Of a stretch of DNA of 64,000 nt, positions 8,584 to 17,416 are shown in pieces. Source of the DNA: Verrucomicrobiales bacterium (GTDB lineage: Bacteria > Verrucomicrobiota > Verrucomicrobiia > Verrucomicrobiales > V1-33); contig JANOAV010000134.1 of NCBI GenBank assembly GCA_031411295.1, positions 32,001-96,000 of the forward strand, read 5' to 3'. Position 1 is the first letter of the stretch. Each line of letters opens with the position of its first letter. The notes under the pieces were generated by a model, which did no database searches, was not told the DNA's origin, and saw nothing but the letters and a program-made list of their open reading frames with translations. The position numbers and the translations under genes are program-made.

Positions 8584-9591
8584 TTAGCCCCCAAGGTCCC
8601 AACTGGAGGGAAAGGCCGCCGCCGGAAAGATGGCCTGCGCTTCCCGCAACATTTCCTGCCACTCCGCTCGTTGATAGCGACTGGAAAGATGGATCAGGAC
8701 CAACCGCTGAGCGACCACGCGCTGGGCCAACTGGGCGGTCAGTGCGGTGGTCATATGGTAGTTGCGCTGCGCCAGGGGGAGATCCGCCTGGCGATACTGG
8801 CTTTCGCAAATGATGGTATGGCATCCGTGGAGAAATTCCGCCAGTCGGTCAGCCGCCGTTTCGTCCAGCAGGAAGTCTGTCAGGTAGGCCACGGAATCGC
8901 CCGGCGTATTCACCAGCAAGGTTTCCTGGAGTTTTACGAGTTCGTAAGTTTGGCCCTGAATCTCCACGTGCTCGATGCCATTAGGATTTGATTTTAGCAA
9001 CTGCATCCACGGGCCCGGTGGCAGGCCCAGGCCGTTCAGCTTGGCCAGGTCCACATTTTGCCGTGATTTTTCCCGCACCACGTAAGCGATGACCGGGGTG
9101 AGGTGATCCATGGTGATGGCCTCCACGGTAAATTCGGCGGTCTCCAAAATTAATTTCTGCCACCCGGCAGTCGGCTCTGGATGGGCCACCGCAAAGGCTT
9201 CGAACAATTCATAACGCGTCGTTTCCAGTCGGTCCGGATGGATGTCCGTAATGTGCCAGGCCGCATTCATCGTGGCGTGGAGATTCCACAAATATCCCTG
9301 GAAGCGATGCTGTAAGATTCGACTCGTTTCCGGCGGACCCCAGATCTGGTTGGGCTTCAGGTCCCGATTGTAGAGCTGCCGGAAGAGGATATCGAACCCA
9401 CTAACATGGTCCATGTGAAGATGGGAAAAGAAAATGTGATCAATTCCCAGAACTTCACTGGCCGGCACGCCCCGCAGGCAATCTCCCCCGCAATCAAAGA
9501 GCAAGCGGAAGATCGACTGACCGGAATCCACCCGTAGCAGGACCGCATTGTCCTGCTCAGGCCCACCCAACACCTCGAAAGTAAGACTCAT
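8584..9591 (-). CDS. Ribonuclease Z-like metallo-beta-lactamase fold hydrolase
   Basis: 'LLFDCG', 'SHLHMDH', exosite 'LGLPPGPW', 'AYLTD', 'YHMT', 'IHLSSRY'. Start at MSLTFEV. Confidence 0.85.
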   Translation of the reverse strand: MSLTFEVLGGPEQDNAVLLRVDSGQSIFRLLFDCGGDCLRGVPASEVLGIDHIFFSHLHMDHVSGFDILFRQLYNRDLKPNQIWGPPETSRILQHRFQGYLWNLHATMNAAWHITDIHPDRLETTRYELFEAFAVAHPEPTAGWQKLILETAEFTVEAITMDHLTPVIAYVVREKSRQNVDLAKLNGLGLPPGPWMQLLKSNPNGIEHVEIQGQTYELVKLQETLLVNTPGDSVAYLTDFLLDETAADRLAEFLHGCHTIICESQYRQADLPLAQRNYHMTTALTAQLAQRVVAQRLVLIHLSSRYQRAEWQEMLREAQAIFPAAAFPSSWDLGG

Positions 9592-9682
9592 AAGAGTCCC
9601 CATTGGCACGCGGTGGTCCGACCTGCAACGCATTATCAGAAGGACAGTTGCTCTCGGCTCACTTTTGCGCTTAGATTGCGGA

Positions 9683-10156
9683 ATGCTGAAATTTCTCCGT
9701 TCCTCCCGTTGTCTCCTGCTTTTGCCGCTCCTCTGGCTCGGTGCCTGCCAACATGCCACTGAATCTGAGACGGCCCCCACCGGCCCCTCCGTGCTGAGCG
9801 CGGCCGCCACCCAGCAAGCCTTGGAGGGGAAGGTCTCGTTCCGGAACCACCTCAAGCCAGTGTTGGAGTCCCGGTGCCTGCCCTGCCATAACGGCAAGAC
9901 GGTCATTGGTCTCTTTGAATTAACGAGCCGGGAGAAGGCTTTCCAGCCCGGCCCGTTGGGACCGCGCATCATTCCTGGTCAGCCTGACAAGAGTTTGCTA
10001 TTCCTCAATCCCGGAGGCACCCATAAAGCCGTGCAGGTAATGCCACCGGTCGGGAATCGACTGACGCCAGACGAATTGAAGCTCCTCCGCCGCTGGATTG
10101 TCCAGGGCGCAGAATGGCCAGCGGGATCGGCTGGGAAACTGATGAATGCCCCCTGA
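9683..10156 (+). CDS. Planctomycete-type cytochrome c domain lipoprotein
   Basis: Lipobox 'LGAC'; 'LKPVLESRCLPCH' (CxxCH); 'IIPGQPDKSLL', 'MPP', 'WIVQGA'. Confidence 0.8.
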   Translation: MLKFLRSSRCLLLLPLLWLGACQHATESETAPTGPSVLSAAATQQALEGKVSFRNHLKPVLESRCLPCHNGKTVIGLFELTSREKAFQPGPLGPRIIPGQPDKSLLFLNPGGTHKAVQVMPPVGNRLTPDELKLLRRWIVQGAEWPAGSAGKLMNAP

Positions 10157-10222
10157 GCATCCCGCCATGAACTCCGGCCGCAGGGGTCGCGCCCATGACT
10201 GCTAACAGGCTGCGATCCTGCC

Positions 10223-10250
10223 TTGTGCATTTCGATTCTTAATCTAGTCT
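10223..10250 (+). promoter_or_regulatory. Putative promoter TTGTGC-N16-TAGTCT, 7 nt before ATG
   Basis: Read directly; same geometry as the other leaderless candidates. Confidence 0.45.
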
Positions 10251-10257
10251 TGCCCCC

Positions 10258-11175
10258 ATGTTGTCATTTTCAACCTGCTGGAACAGCCACCGTCACACGG
10301 AGGGAGAAAAGATGGTGGAGGAAATTCTCTCGCTGGGATTCCACACCATTGAGGTCAGTCATGGACTGAAAGTATCGCTACTGCCAGGCATCATCAAAGC
10401 GGTGCAGGAAGGCCGCGTGCAGGTGTCCGGAGTGCATAATTTCTGCCCCTCACCCGTGGAGTTGATGATTGATGCGCCCGACGCTTACGAATTTACCGGG
10501 CACCGCCCGCATGACCGGGAGCGCGCTCTGGCGTTGACCTTGAAGACGATCGAATTCGGCGCCAGCGTGGGGGCGAAGTATGTCGTGATTCACCTTGGCA
10601 GTGTGCCCATGAAGGAGTTCACCCCAAAGCTGGAAGCCTTACTCAAGGCTGGGAAAGTCCAATCGCGCGAGTATATCGACCTGAAACTAAAGTTCGTGCA
10701 GTTGCGCGAAAAAATGGGCCCGTTTTATCTCCAGCGAGCCAAAGAAGCGCTGGCGAAGATTGTGGAGCACGCCGAAAAGTATCAGGTGAAGCTGGCCATT
10801 GAGAGCCGGAGTCATTTTGAACAAGTCCCCACGGAGCGGGAAATGGTGGGGCTGATGCAGGAACTCGCGGGCCCCTGGATCGGCTACTGGCATGACTTCG
10901 GCCACGTGCAGCGGAAACATAACCTCGGGCTGCTGGATCATTTCGAATGGCTCTCGCGCATGGAACCCTACCTGATCGGTTGCCATTTTCACGATGTCAT
11001 CTGGCCGGAGCGAGACCACCGGGTCCCCTTTCAAGGCACGGTGGATTTCAACCAACTGCTGCCCCTGGTCCCGCCGGAATTACCCGTGGTCTGGGAGCTG
11101 GGGTCCCGCCGGAAGAAGGAAGATATCCTCCAAGCGGTGCCGAAGTGGAAGCAGCGATTTGCGTTGTGGGTGTAG
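10258..11175 (+). CDS. Sugar phosphate isomerase/epimerase (AP endonuclease 2-like TIM barrel)
   Basis: 'VSGVHNFCP', 'VVIHLG', 'LAIESR', 'WHDFGH', 'HFHDV...DH'. Confidence 0.85.
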   Translation: MLSFSTCWNSHRHTEGEKMVEEILSLGFHTIEVSHGLKVSLLPGIIKAVQEGRVQVSGVHNFCPSPVELMIDAPDAYEFTGHRPHDRERALALTLKTIEFGASVGAKYVVIHLGSVPMKEFTPKLEALLKAGKVQSREYIDLKLKFVQLREKMGPFYLQRAKEALAKIVEHAEKYQVKLAIESRSHFEQVPTEREMVGLMQELAGPWIGYWHDFGHVQRKHNLGLLDHFEWLSRMEPYLIGCHFHDVIWPERDHRVPFQGTVDFNQLLPLVPPELPVVWELGSRRKKEDILQAVPKWKQRFALWV

Positions 11176-11246
11176 CTGGGAAACCCTACGCAATTCGGGC
11201 CGGAATCCGGCCTTGAGGATGGCTGGGCGATCCACCATATTTGCCC

Positions 11247-14200
11247 ATGACATTGATGCATCGAAATTCCACTTGGCTGTTCTTGCTCACTTCCCTGCTG
11301 CCGATGGCCGAAAGCTGGGCGGAAGGGGCGTTGCAGTTTAATAAGGACATCCGACCCATTTTGTCGGAGAATTGCTTTCACTGCCACGGCCCTGACCCTG
11401 GGTCGCGCAAGGCACAATTGCGATTGGACACGCAGGAGGGCTTCTTTGCCCGCACGGATAAGCGCGGCCCCACGGTGGTGGTAGGGAATTCAGCCGACAG
11501 CCCGCTCTATCAGCGTTTGATCACAACCGATCCGGATGACCACATGCCGCCCCCGGAAACGCACAAGGTTCTGAAACCCGCGGAAATATCCCTCATCAAA
11601 CAATGGATCGATACGGGAGCCAAGTGGCAGCCGCACTGGTCGCTCATGAAACCAGAGCGCCCTGCGGTTCCTGCCGTGGCGAAGCAGGACTGGGTGCGCA
11701 ATCCCATCGATGCCTTCGTCATGGAGAAACTGGCAGCCAAACGCCTCGAACCCGCCGCCCCAGCGGATCGCCCAGCGTTGGCGCGACGCCTCTGCTTGGA
11801 TCTCACCGGACTGTTGCCAGCGCCTGCTGACGTAGAGGCCTTCGTGGCGGATCAAGCGCCCGATGCCTATGAGAAATACGTCGCCACCCTGATGGCCAGG
11901 CCGCAATGGGGCGAGCACCGGGGCCGTTACTGGCTGGATGCCGCGCGCTACGCGGACACCCATGGACTCCACTTCGATAATTATCGGGAAATGTGGCCGT
12001 ATCGGGATTGGGTCATCAATGCCTTCAACCACAACCAGCCCTTCGATCAATTCACCGTGGAACAAGTGGCGGGCGATTTGCTGCCGAATCCGACCACCGA
12101 CCAACTCGTAGCCACTGGCTTTCATCGCTGCAATGTTACTACCAACGAAGGCGGCACCATTCCGGAGGAAAATCTCGTCGGCTATGCGCGGGAACGGGTG
12201 GAGACCACCAGTTGGGTGTGGCTCGGACTAACTGCAAATTGCGCGGTCTGTCATGACCATAAATTTGACCCCATCACGCAGAAGGATTTTTACGCCATGA
12301 GCGCCTTCTTCCGGAATACCACCCAATCCGCCATGGATGGCAACGTTAAGGATACGCAACCCAGCATGCGGGTTCCGCTGCTGGCAGATCGACCCCGTTG
12401 GGACACCATCGGAGGAGAAATTGCGGCCGCTAAAAAAACGCGGGATGAAGCCAGGACCAAAGCCCAACCAGCCTTTCAAACGTGGCTCACAGCCGCCAAG
12501 CCAGAAGAATTCACCCAGGCCCTCCCCACCAAAGACTTGGCACTCCATGCGCGCCTGGACGAAGGGCGGGGGCAGGAAGTGGCCGACCGTTGCGGGACTG
12601 AACCCCGCAAGGCCGTGGCCGCCCAACCGGTCACTTGGATGCCTGGCGGCAAGCTGGGTTCAGCACCGGTGCTGGGCAAAGGGGTTGACTTCTCCATGGG
12701 CCAAGTGGCGGACTTCGAGAAAGATCAGTCGTTCAGCTATGGTGCCTGGGTTCACATTCCCAAGGGCTACGGTGGCTACGGTAGTGCCTTGTCCAAGATG
12801 GATCGGGCCGATGGCTACCGGGGTTACGATCTCTTCATTCATGGCGGCACCCAGTATGCCGTGCACTTGGTCAACCACTGGCCGAACAACGCGCTCAAAG
12901 TCAGCACAAAACAGAAAAGCGGCAAACAGGGCGAGTGGCAGCACGTCTTCGTAACTTACGATGGTAGTGCCAAACCAGAGGGAGTGAAAATTTATCTCGA
13001 TGGCGAACTTACTCCCACCGTGACGGACGCCAACTCTCTGAAGGACAGTATTCGCACCACGGCTCCGTTTCGCATCGGTCAGCGCACTGGCGGAGAAGCC
13101 TTTGAGGGGGGCTCGGTGCAGGATGTGCGGGTCTATCAATGCGTGCTTTCCGAGTCCGAAGTCAAGTCCCTGGCCCAGTCTTCCCATCTGGCATCGCTGC
13201 TCGCACTGCCAGCCAAAGATCGCAAGCCGGAGCAGACTAACGCCCTGCTTGAGCACTATCTCCAGACCAAGGATGCAGGCTGGCAAACTGTTGTGCAACA
13301 AGTGGCCGCGCTGGAAACTGAGCGCACCAACATCGAAGCCCGCAGCCCCATCGCCCACGTGCAAAAGGAGAAGATGGACGGCCAGCCCATGGCCGTCGTG
13401 CTCTTCCGCGGCAGCTACGATCAACCCCGGGAAAAGCTCCAAGCCGACACCTTCGCTGCCCTGCATCCCTTCCCCAAGGAGGCTCCGCGCAATCGTCTGG
13501 GTCTGGCCCAGTGGCTCGTGAGCCCAGAGAATCCACTTACCGCCCGCGTCATCGTGAATCGTTTTTGGCAGGAACTCTTCGGCACTGGGCTGGTCAAAAC
13601 TAGTGAGGACTTGGGCATCATGGGGGATGCGCCCAGCCATCCGGAACTATTGGATTGGCTGGCGGTCGAGTTTCGTGAATCTGGTTGGAATGTGCAGCAA
13701 CTTTTCACGTTGATGGTCACCAGTAATACCTACCGTCAGGCGGCCCTCACCACCCCAGCCAAGCTGGAGGCGGATCCGGGGAATCGCCTGCTGAGCCGGG
13801 GACCACGCTTCCGCATGGATGCAGAAATGTTGCGGGACAACGCCCTGGCTAGTTCCGGACTGCTCGTCCCCAAGCTCGGTGGCCCCAGCGTGAAACCCTA
13901 TCAACCCGACGGCATCTGGGAAGGCGTCGCCATGCCCGAGAGTAACACGAAAAAATATGAGCGCGATACGGGCGAATCCCTCTACCGCCGCAGCCTCTAC
14001 ACCTTCTGGAAACGAGCCGCGCCCCCAGCCAGCATGGAGATCTTCAACGCCACCTCACGCGAGGTTAGTTGCCTGCGCCGGGAGCGCGCCAACACCCCGC
14101 TGCAAGCGCTCGTCACCATGAACGACGTGCAATTCGTCGAGGCCTCTCGTCGTCTGGCAGAGCAGGCGCTCAAGACCAGCGCAGGACAGGCCGATGGAGA

Positions 14201-14444
14201 TCGTCCATTCCATTTTCTGGCGCGACAGCTCCTCTCGCGCGCTTGGAAACCGGAGGAGTTGGACATTCTTAAAATTTCCCTCGCGGAGTTGCTGGCCGAC
14301 TTTAAAGCCCAACCGGCCGAAGCGCAGAAACTCATCACCTTCGGAGAATCCAAACCAGACCCAGCCTTGGATCCAGCCACCTTGGCGGCTTGGACCATGT
14401 TGGCGAACCAAGTGATGAATTTGGATGAGACGTTGAACAAGTAG
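11247..14444 (+). CDS. DUF1549/DUF1553 (PSCyt/PSD1) protein with N-terminal cytochrome c and LamG-like domain
   Basis: 'IRPILSENCFHCHGPD', 'NPIDAF', 'WLDAARYADTHG', 'CAVCHDHKFDP', LamG 'WQHVFVTYDG', 'NPLTARVIVNRFWQ', 'TPLQAL', 'NLDE'. Confidence 0.92.
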   Translation: MTLMHRNSTWLFLLTSLLPMAESWAEGALQFNKDIRPILSENCFHCHGPDPGSRKAQLRLDTQEGFFARTDKRGPTVVVGNSADSPLYQRLITTDPDDHMPPPETHKVLKPAEISLIKQWIDTGAKWQPHWSLMKPERPAVPAVAKQDWVRNPIDAFVMEKLAAKRLEPAAPADRPALARRLCLDLTGLLPAPADVEAFVADQAPDAYEKYVATLMARPQWGEHRGRYWLDAARYADTHGLHFDNYREMWPYRDWVINAFNHNQPFDQFTVEQVAGDLLPNPTTDQLVATGFHRCNVTTNEGGTIPEENLVGYARERVETTSWVWLGLTANCAVCHDHKFDPITQKDFYAMSAFFRNTTQSAMDGNVKDTQPSMRVPLLADRPRWDTIGGEIAAAKKTRDEARTKAQPAFQTWLTAAKPEEFTQALPTKDLALHARLDEGRGQEVADRCGTEPRKAVAAQPVTWMPGGKLGSAPVLGKGVDFSMGQVADFEKDQSFSYGAWVHIPKGYGGYGSALSKMDRADGYRGYDLFIHGGTQYAVHLVNHWPNNALKVSTKQKSGKQGEWQHVFVTYDGSAKPEGVKIYLDGELTPTVTDANSLKDSIRTTAPFRIGQRTGGEAFEGGSVQDVRVYQCVLSESEVKSLAQSSHLASLLALPAKDRKPEQTNALLEHYLQTKDAGWQTVVQQVAALETERTNIEARSPIAHVQKEKMDGQPMAVVLFRGSYDQPREKLQADTFAALHPFPKEAPRNRLGLAQWLVSPENPLTARVIVNRFWQELFGTGLVKTSEDLGIMGDAPSHPELLDWLAVEFRESGWNVQQLFTLMVTSNTYRQAALTTPAKLEADPGNRLLSRGPRFRMDAEMLRDNALASSGLLVPKLGGPSVKPYQPDGIWEGVAMPESNTKKYERDTGESLYRRSLYTFWKRAAPPASMEIFNATSREVSCLRRERANTPLQALVTMNDVQFVEASRRLAEQALKTSAGQADGDRPFHFLARQLLSRAWKPEELDILKISLAELLADFKAQPAEAQKLITFGESKPDPALDPATLAAWTMLANQVMNLDETLNK

Positions 14445-14451
14445 CTCCAGC

Positions 14452-15330
14452 TTACTGTAAACGCAGCCCATGCTGCTGCCAGAATGATTGCAGACTGGAG
14501 GCCGATCCATTGAAGACACTGCGCTCCACTGGCCGATCCATGTTTCCGAAATACGGACTGAAACGATAGGCTCCGTGGTTGTAAACCTTCGGACGCGAGG
14601 CCCCGCGCTCCCAATCCACCCCACCGTATTGCCACAGCGTCCAATTGGACCAGACTTGATACTGATTCAAGAGGCCCCGGGGATTACCCGGAGCAGGGAA
14701 AATGGGGCCCGCTCCACTGTCATGGGCATAAAGTGCCAGCCAGTAGGGCATCCGCCGCAGCTTGGCTTTGCTGGCGGTATCGGCTCCCCCCAGCAGCAAT
14801 TTCAACTGGGCGCTGTTCTCCAAATAAGCGACTGGCACCACTCCCGTGCGTGCTTCCACGCGGTCCGCGAAACGCAGGATGTCCGAGAGCTTCGAGTTGG
14901 CATCGAAGTCGCCACAGAGCAGTAGCGACGAGGCTTTCCAATTCCGATTCCGTGCCAGCCCCTGCGCCCGATTCACAAATTGATCGGCCTGCGCCACCGC
15001 GTCTTTTTGCGGCAGCAACCGATAGTAAATCCCCGGCAGCAAGCCAGCCCGATCCGCCGACCCCAGGAAATTTTCACATTTGGGATCCAACACACCGCCT
15101 TTACCCGCCCGGGCAATCAAGCCCTGAGCCCCGTTGGCCTGCAGCGCAGAGACGTCGAACTCAGAGAAACTTCGACCGGAACGTTGGCGCTCTTTGGGAT
15201 CGTAGGCCGAGACATTGACGATCTCGGGGTAACGCCCATTTCCCACCGCCGCCGGTGCCGGAGTGCCGGGCGTGGTGGTATTGCACTGTGCTAGGAGGAG
15301 GACGAACGGGAGCAGGAGAAGTTGCTTCAT
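14452..15330 (-). CDS. GH25 lysozyme/muramidase-like lipoprotein
   Basis: Lipobox-like 'LLAQC'; 'VNVSAY', 'GLLPGIYY', 'AVAQADQF', 'PYWLALY', 'WTLWQY'. Catalytic positions are atypical. Confidence 0.7.
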   Translation of the reverse strand: MKQLLLLPFVLLLAQCNTTTPGTPAPAAVGNGRYPEIVNVSAYDPKERQRSGRSFSEFDVSALQANGAQGLIARAGKGGVLDPKCENFLGSADRAGLLPGIYYRLLPQKDAVAQADQFVNRAQGLARNRNWKASSLLLCGDFDANSKLSDILRFADRVEARTGVVPVAYLENSAQLKLLLGGADTASKAKLRRMPYWLALYAHDSGAGPIFPAPGNPRGLLNQYQVWSNWTLWQYGGVDWERGASRPKVYNHGAYRFSPYFGNMDRPVERSVFNGSASSLQSFWQQHGLRLQ

Positions 15331-15337
15331 GGGCGGC

Positions 15338-15365
15338 ATCATAGCAGCTTCCATTCTCTCGACAA
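15338..15365 (-). promoter_or_regulatory. Putative promoter TTGTCG-N16-TATGAT, 7 nt before the GH25 ATG
   Basis: Minus-strand reading of 15331-15365. Confidence 0.55.
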
Positions 15366-15612
15366 GCGTGGTTTGCCGCAGAGATGCGACAGTTGGGAAG
15401 CAGCCCAAACCAGGAAGCATCAGTTCCTCGGTTGGGAACCCTATGTCCCCAGGGTGGAGGATTGCGGCCACCACCCAAAAATTGGCCAAGCCGTGGAGGG
15501 CGAGGTGACGAGACCAGCAAACGCGCCAAGCAAGTAATTTAGCGGCCGCCCGACGCGAAATCTGCCGCAGTTTCACGCGTGACAACGACCCCGCTCACAG
15601 GCAAATTAAGCC

Positions 15613-17299
15613 ATGCCAAATCTCGCTGTCTCCCACCGCTGCCGCTCGCTGATCACTGCTGGCGTGACGTTTGGAGCGGCACTTTTCGTGGGCTTCCGTT
15701 GGGGCCCTGAACCTCCTTCGGCAGCAGAGAATGGCCGCAAAGCATCATCTTCTCATGCTGCCTTCAGCAGTTCTGATCCCATGAGCGCACCGTGGTTGGA
15801 TCTCTTGCGGACGGAGGGGCGGTTTTCTGCTAAGGTCCACGCAGCACTCCAGAACATTCCGGAGGCAGCCATCCCGGATGCCTTGCGACTCCTGCCGCAT
15901 GTCCCGCTGGCCGCAGAGGATGAAGCGGGAGCTGCCGCCGTGTTATGGCATCGCCTCACGAGCTTGCATCCAGACACCGCATTCGATCTGCTTTGTCGCA
16001 TGAAATATCGTTTCCAGTTGGATCCAAAACATCGATTGGCTGGAGCGACTCCCGGTGCCTCAAGCATTGGCGATCGTGAAAAGCAGTCCCGCGTTGATTC
16101 GTGCCGCTGAGCCGATCTTTGCCGCATGGGCGAAACTGGATTTCGCAGCCGCCTCCGCTTGGGCGCGCACGGCACCGCCTGCCATGCAAGCATGGGCCCA
16201 CAAAGGATTGCTGGAAACGGGGTCCCCAGTGGACTTGCTAGCATTTGCAGAAACCCTGGTCAGCAGTCGCACGCGCAGCAATTTCCAAGAGTCAGTGCTT
16301 GGAAAATTGGTGCTGCAAGACCCGACCCAAACGCTAGAAAAATTGGATCTTTTGCCACCCAACAGCCAAAGCTCGTTCGTGAGCCGTCATTTGCAAGAAC
16401 TGCTCCAACACGAAGACAGCGCCCTGATCTCCTATCTTGGCAGACATCAGGAAATCAGACTAGGAGTTCATCCGAACGATTTTGCACGTTTGCAAGACTG
16501 GCCTACCGAAGTGGCCGAACGATTATTAAATCTACTACCGAAGTCCCCTGCGGTTGCCCAAAAGCTGGTGGAGGTGAAATCCGAAACCATTCTGAAGCGC
16601 AAACTCAGCGCGCCCGAAACCTATGAGCAATTGCTAGCATTGCACCAGGACGAAGCTTCAGCCGCCACTACCCTGGTTAAACGATGGCTGGAGCTTCCCC
16701 AGAAAGACCAGGAGGGACAGCGCTGGCTGGAGGCTCAACCCTCCAACATCCAACAAGCGGTCTTGTCACAACTCCAGGGGTATTGCAGCAAGATAGGTGT
16801 TAGTTCGCCAGAGGTGCTGTTCCCCATTTTAGCGGCTAGTTTTGCTAAAGCACCTGCCGATAAAATTTCTTCCTATCAGGATAACTTGCGATACCTCGTC
16901 CTAGTGTTAAGCCAAAAGAAATCTCCCGAGGAGTTAGTGAAATGGACAGATTCCCTCCCCCTGAATTCCGTGACAGAGATCGCCAAGGTAGCGACCGCCG
17001 AGACTTGGCTGAATTCCGATCCCCTGGCCGCCTCCGCCTGGGTGCGGACTTGGCCGCAGGGGAAACAGAAGGAACAAGCGGCCACCCACATCGTCCTCAG
17101 CACCGCCGCCGATGATCCCGAGGCCGCAATAAAGTGGCTTGAAGTCATTCAAGACCCTGCCCAACGGGATACCTGCATTTCCCGCGTGGTCGAGAAGCTC
17201 ACCAGTTTCAATCCCGTCCAAGCCCGCCTCTGGGTGGACCAAATTAGCGATCCCAAGGTGCGGGCAAGACTGAAGCAGGCTTACAAAATGCAGCCATAG
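15613..17299 (+). pseudogene. Membrane-anchored helical-repeat hypothetical protein split by a frameshift near 16000-16025
   Basis: ORF 15613-16110 carries the TM anchor; ORF 16055-17299 carries 'DPxAAxxW' repeats and its frame is open from 16004 (NIVSSWIQNIDWLERLPVPQ...). Confidence 0.6.
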
Positions 17300-17416
17300 G
17301 TCAGACCTCCTCCCCATTAGAACGAGCTTCTTCCCCTACTTCTCAGGATATATAAGGCTGTGGTTGGGATGGTAAAGTTGTGAACGACTGGCGCACCTAC
17401 GGAATCGTCAGTTCGA

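Noticed and set aside
9592..9972. N-terminal extension of the RNase Z-like ORF
   Set aside because: Overlaps the divergent cytochrome c gene; family similarity starts near 9591.
15331..15585. N-terminal extension of the GH25-like ORF
   Set aside because: The lipoprotein signal and a promoter-like motif place the start at 15330.
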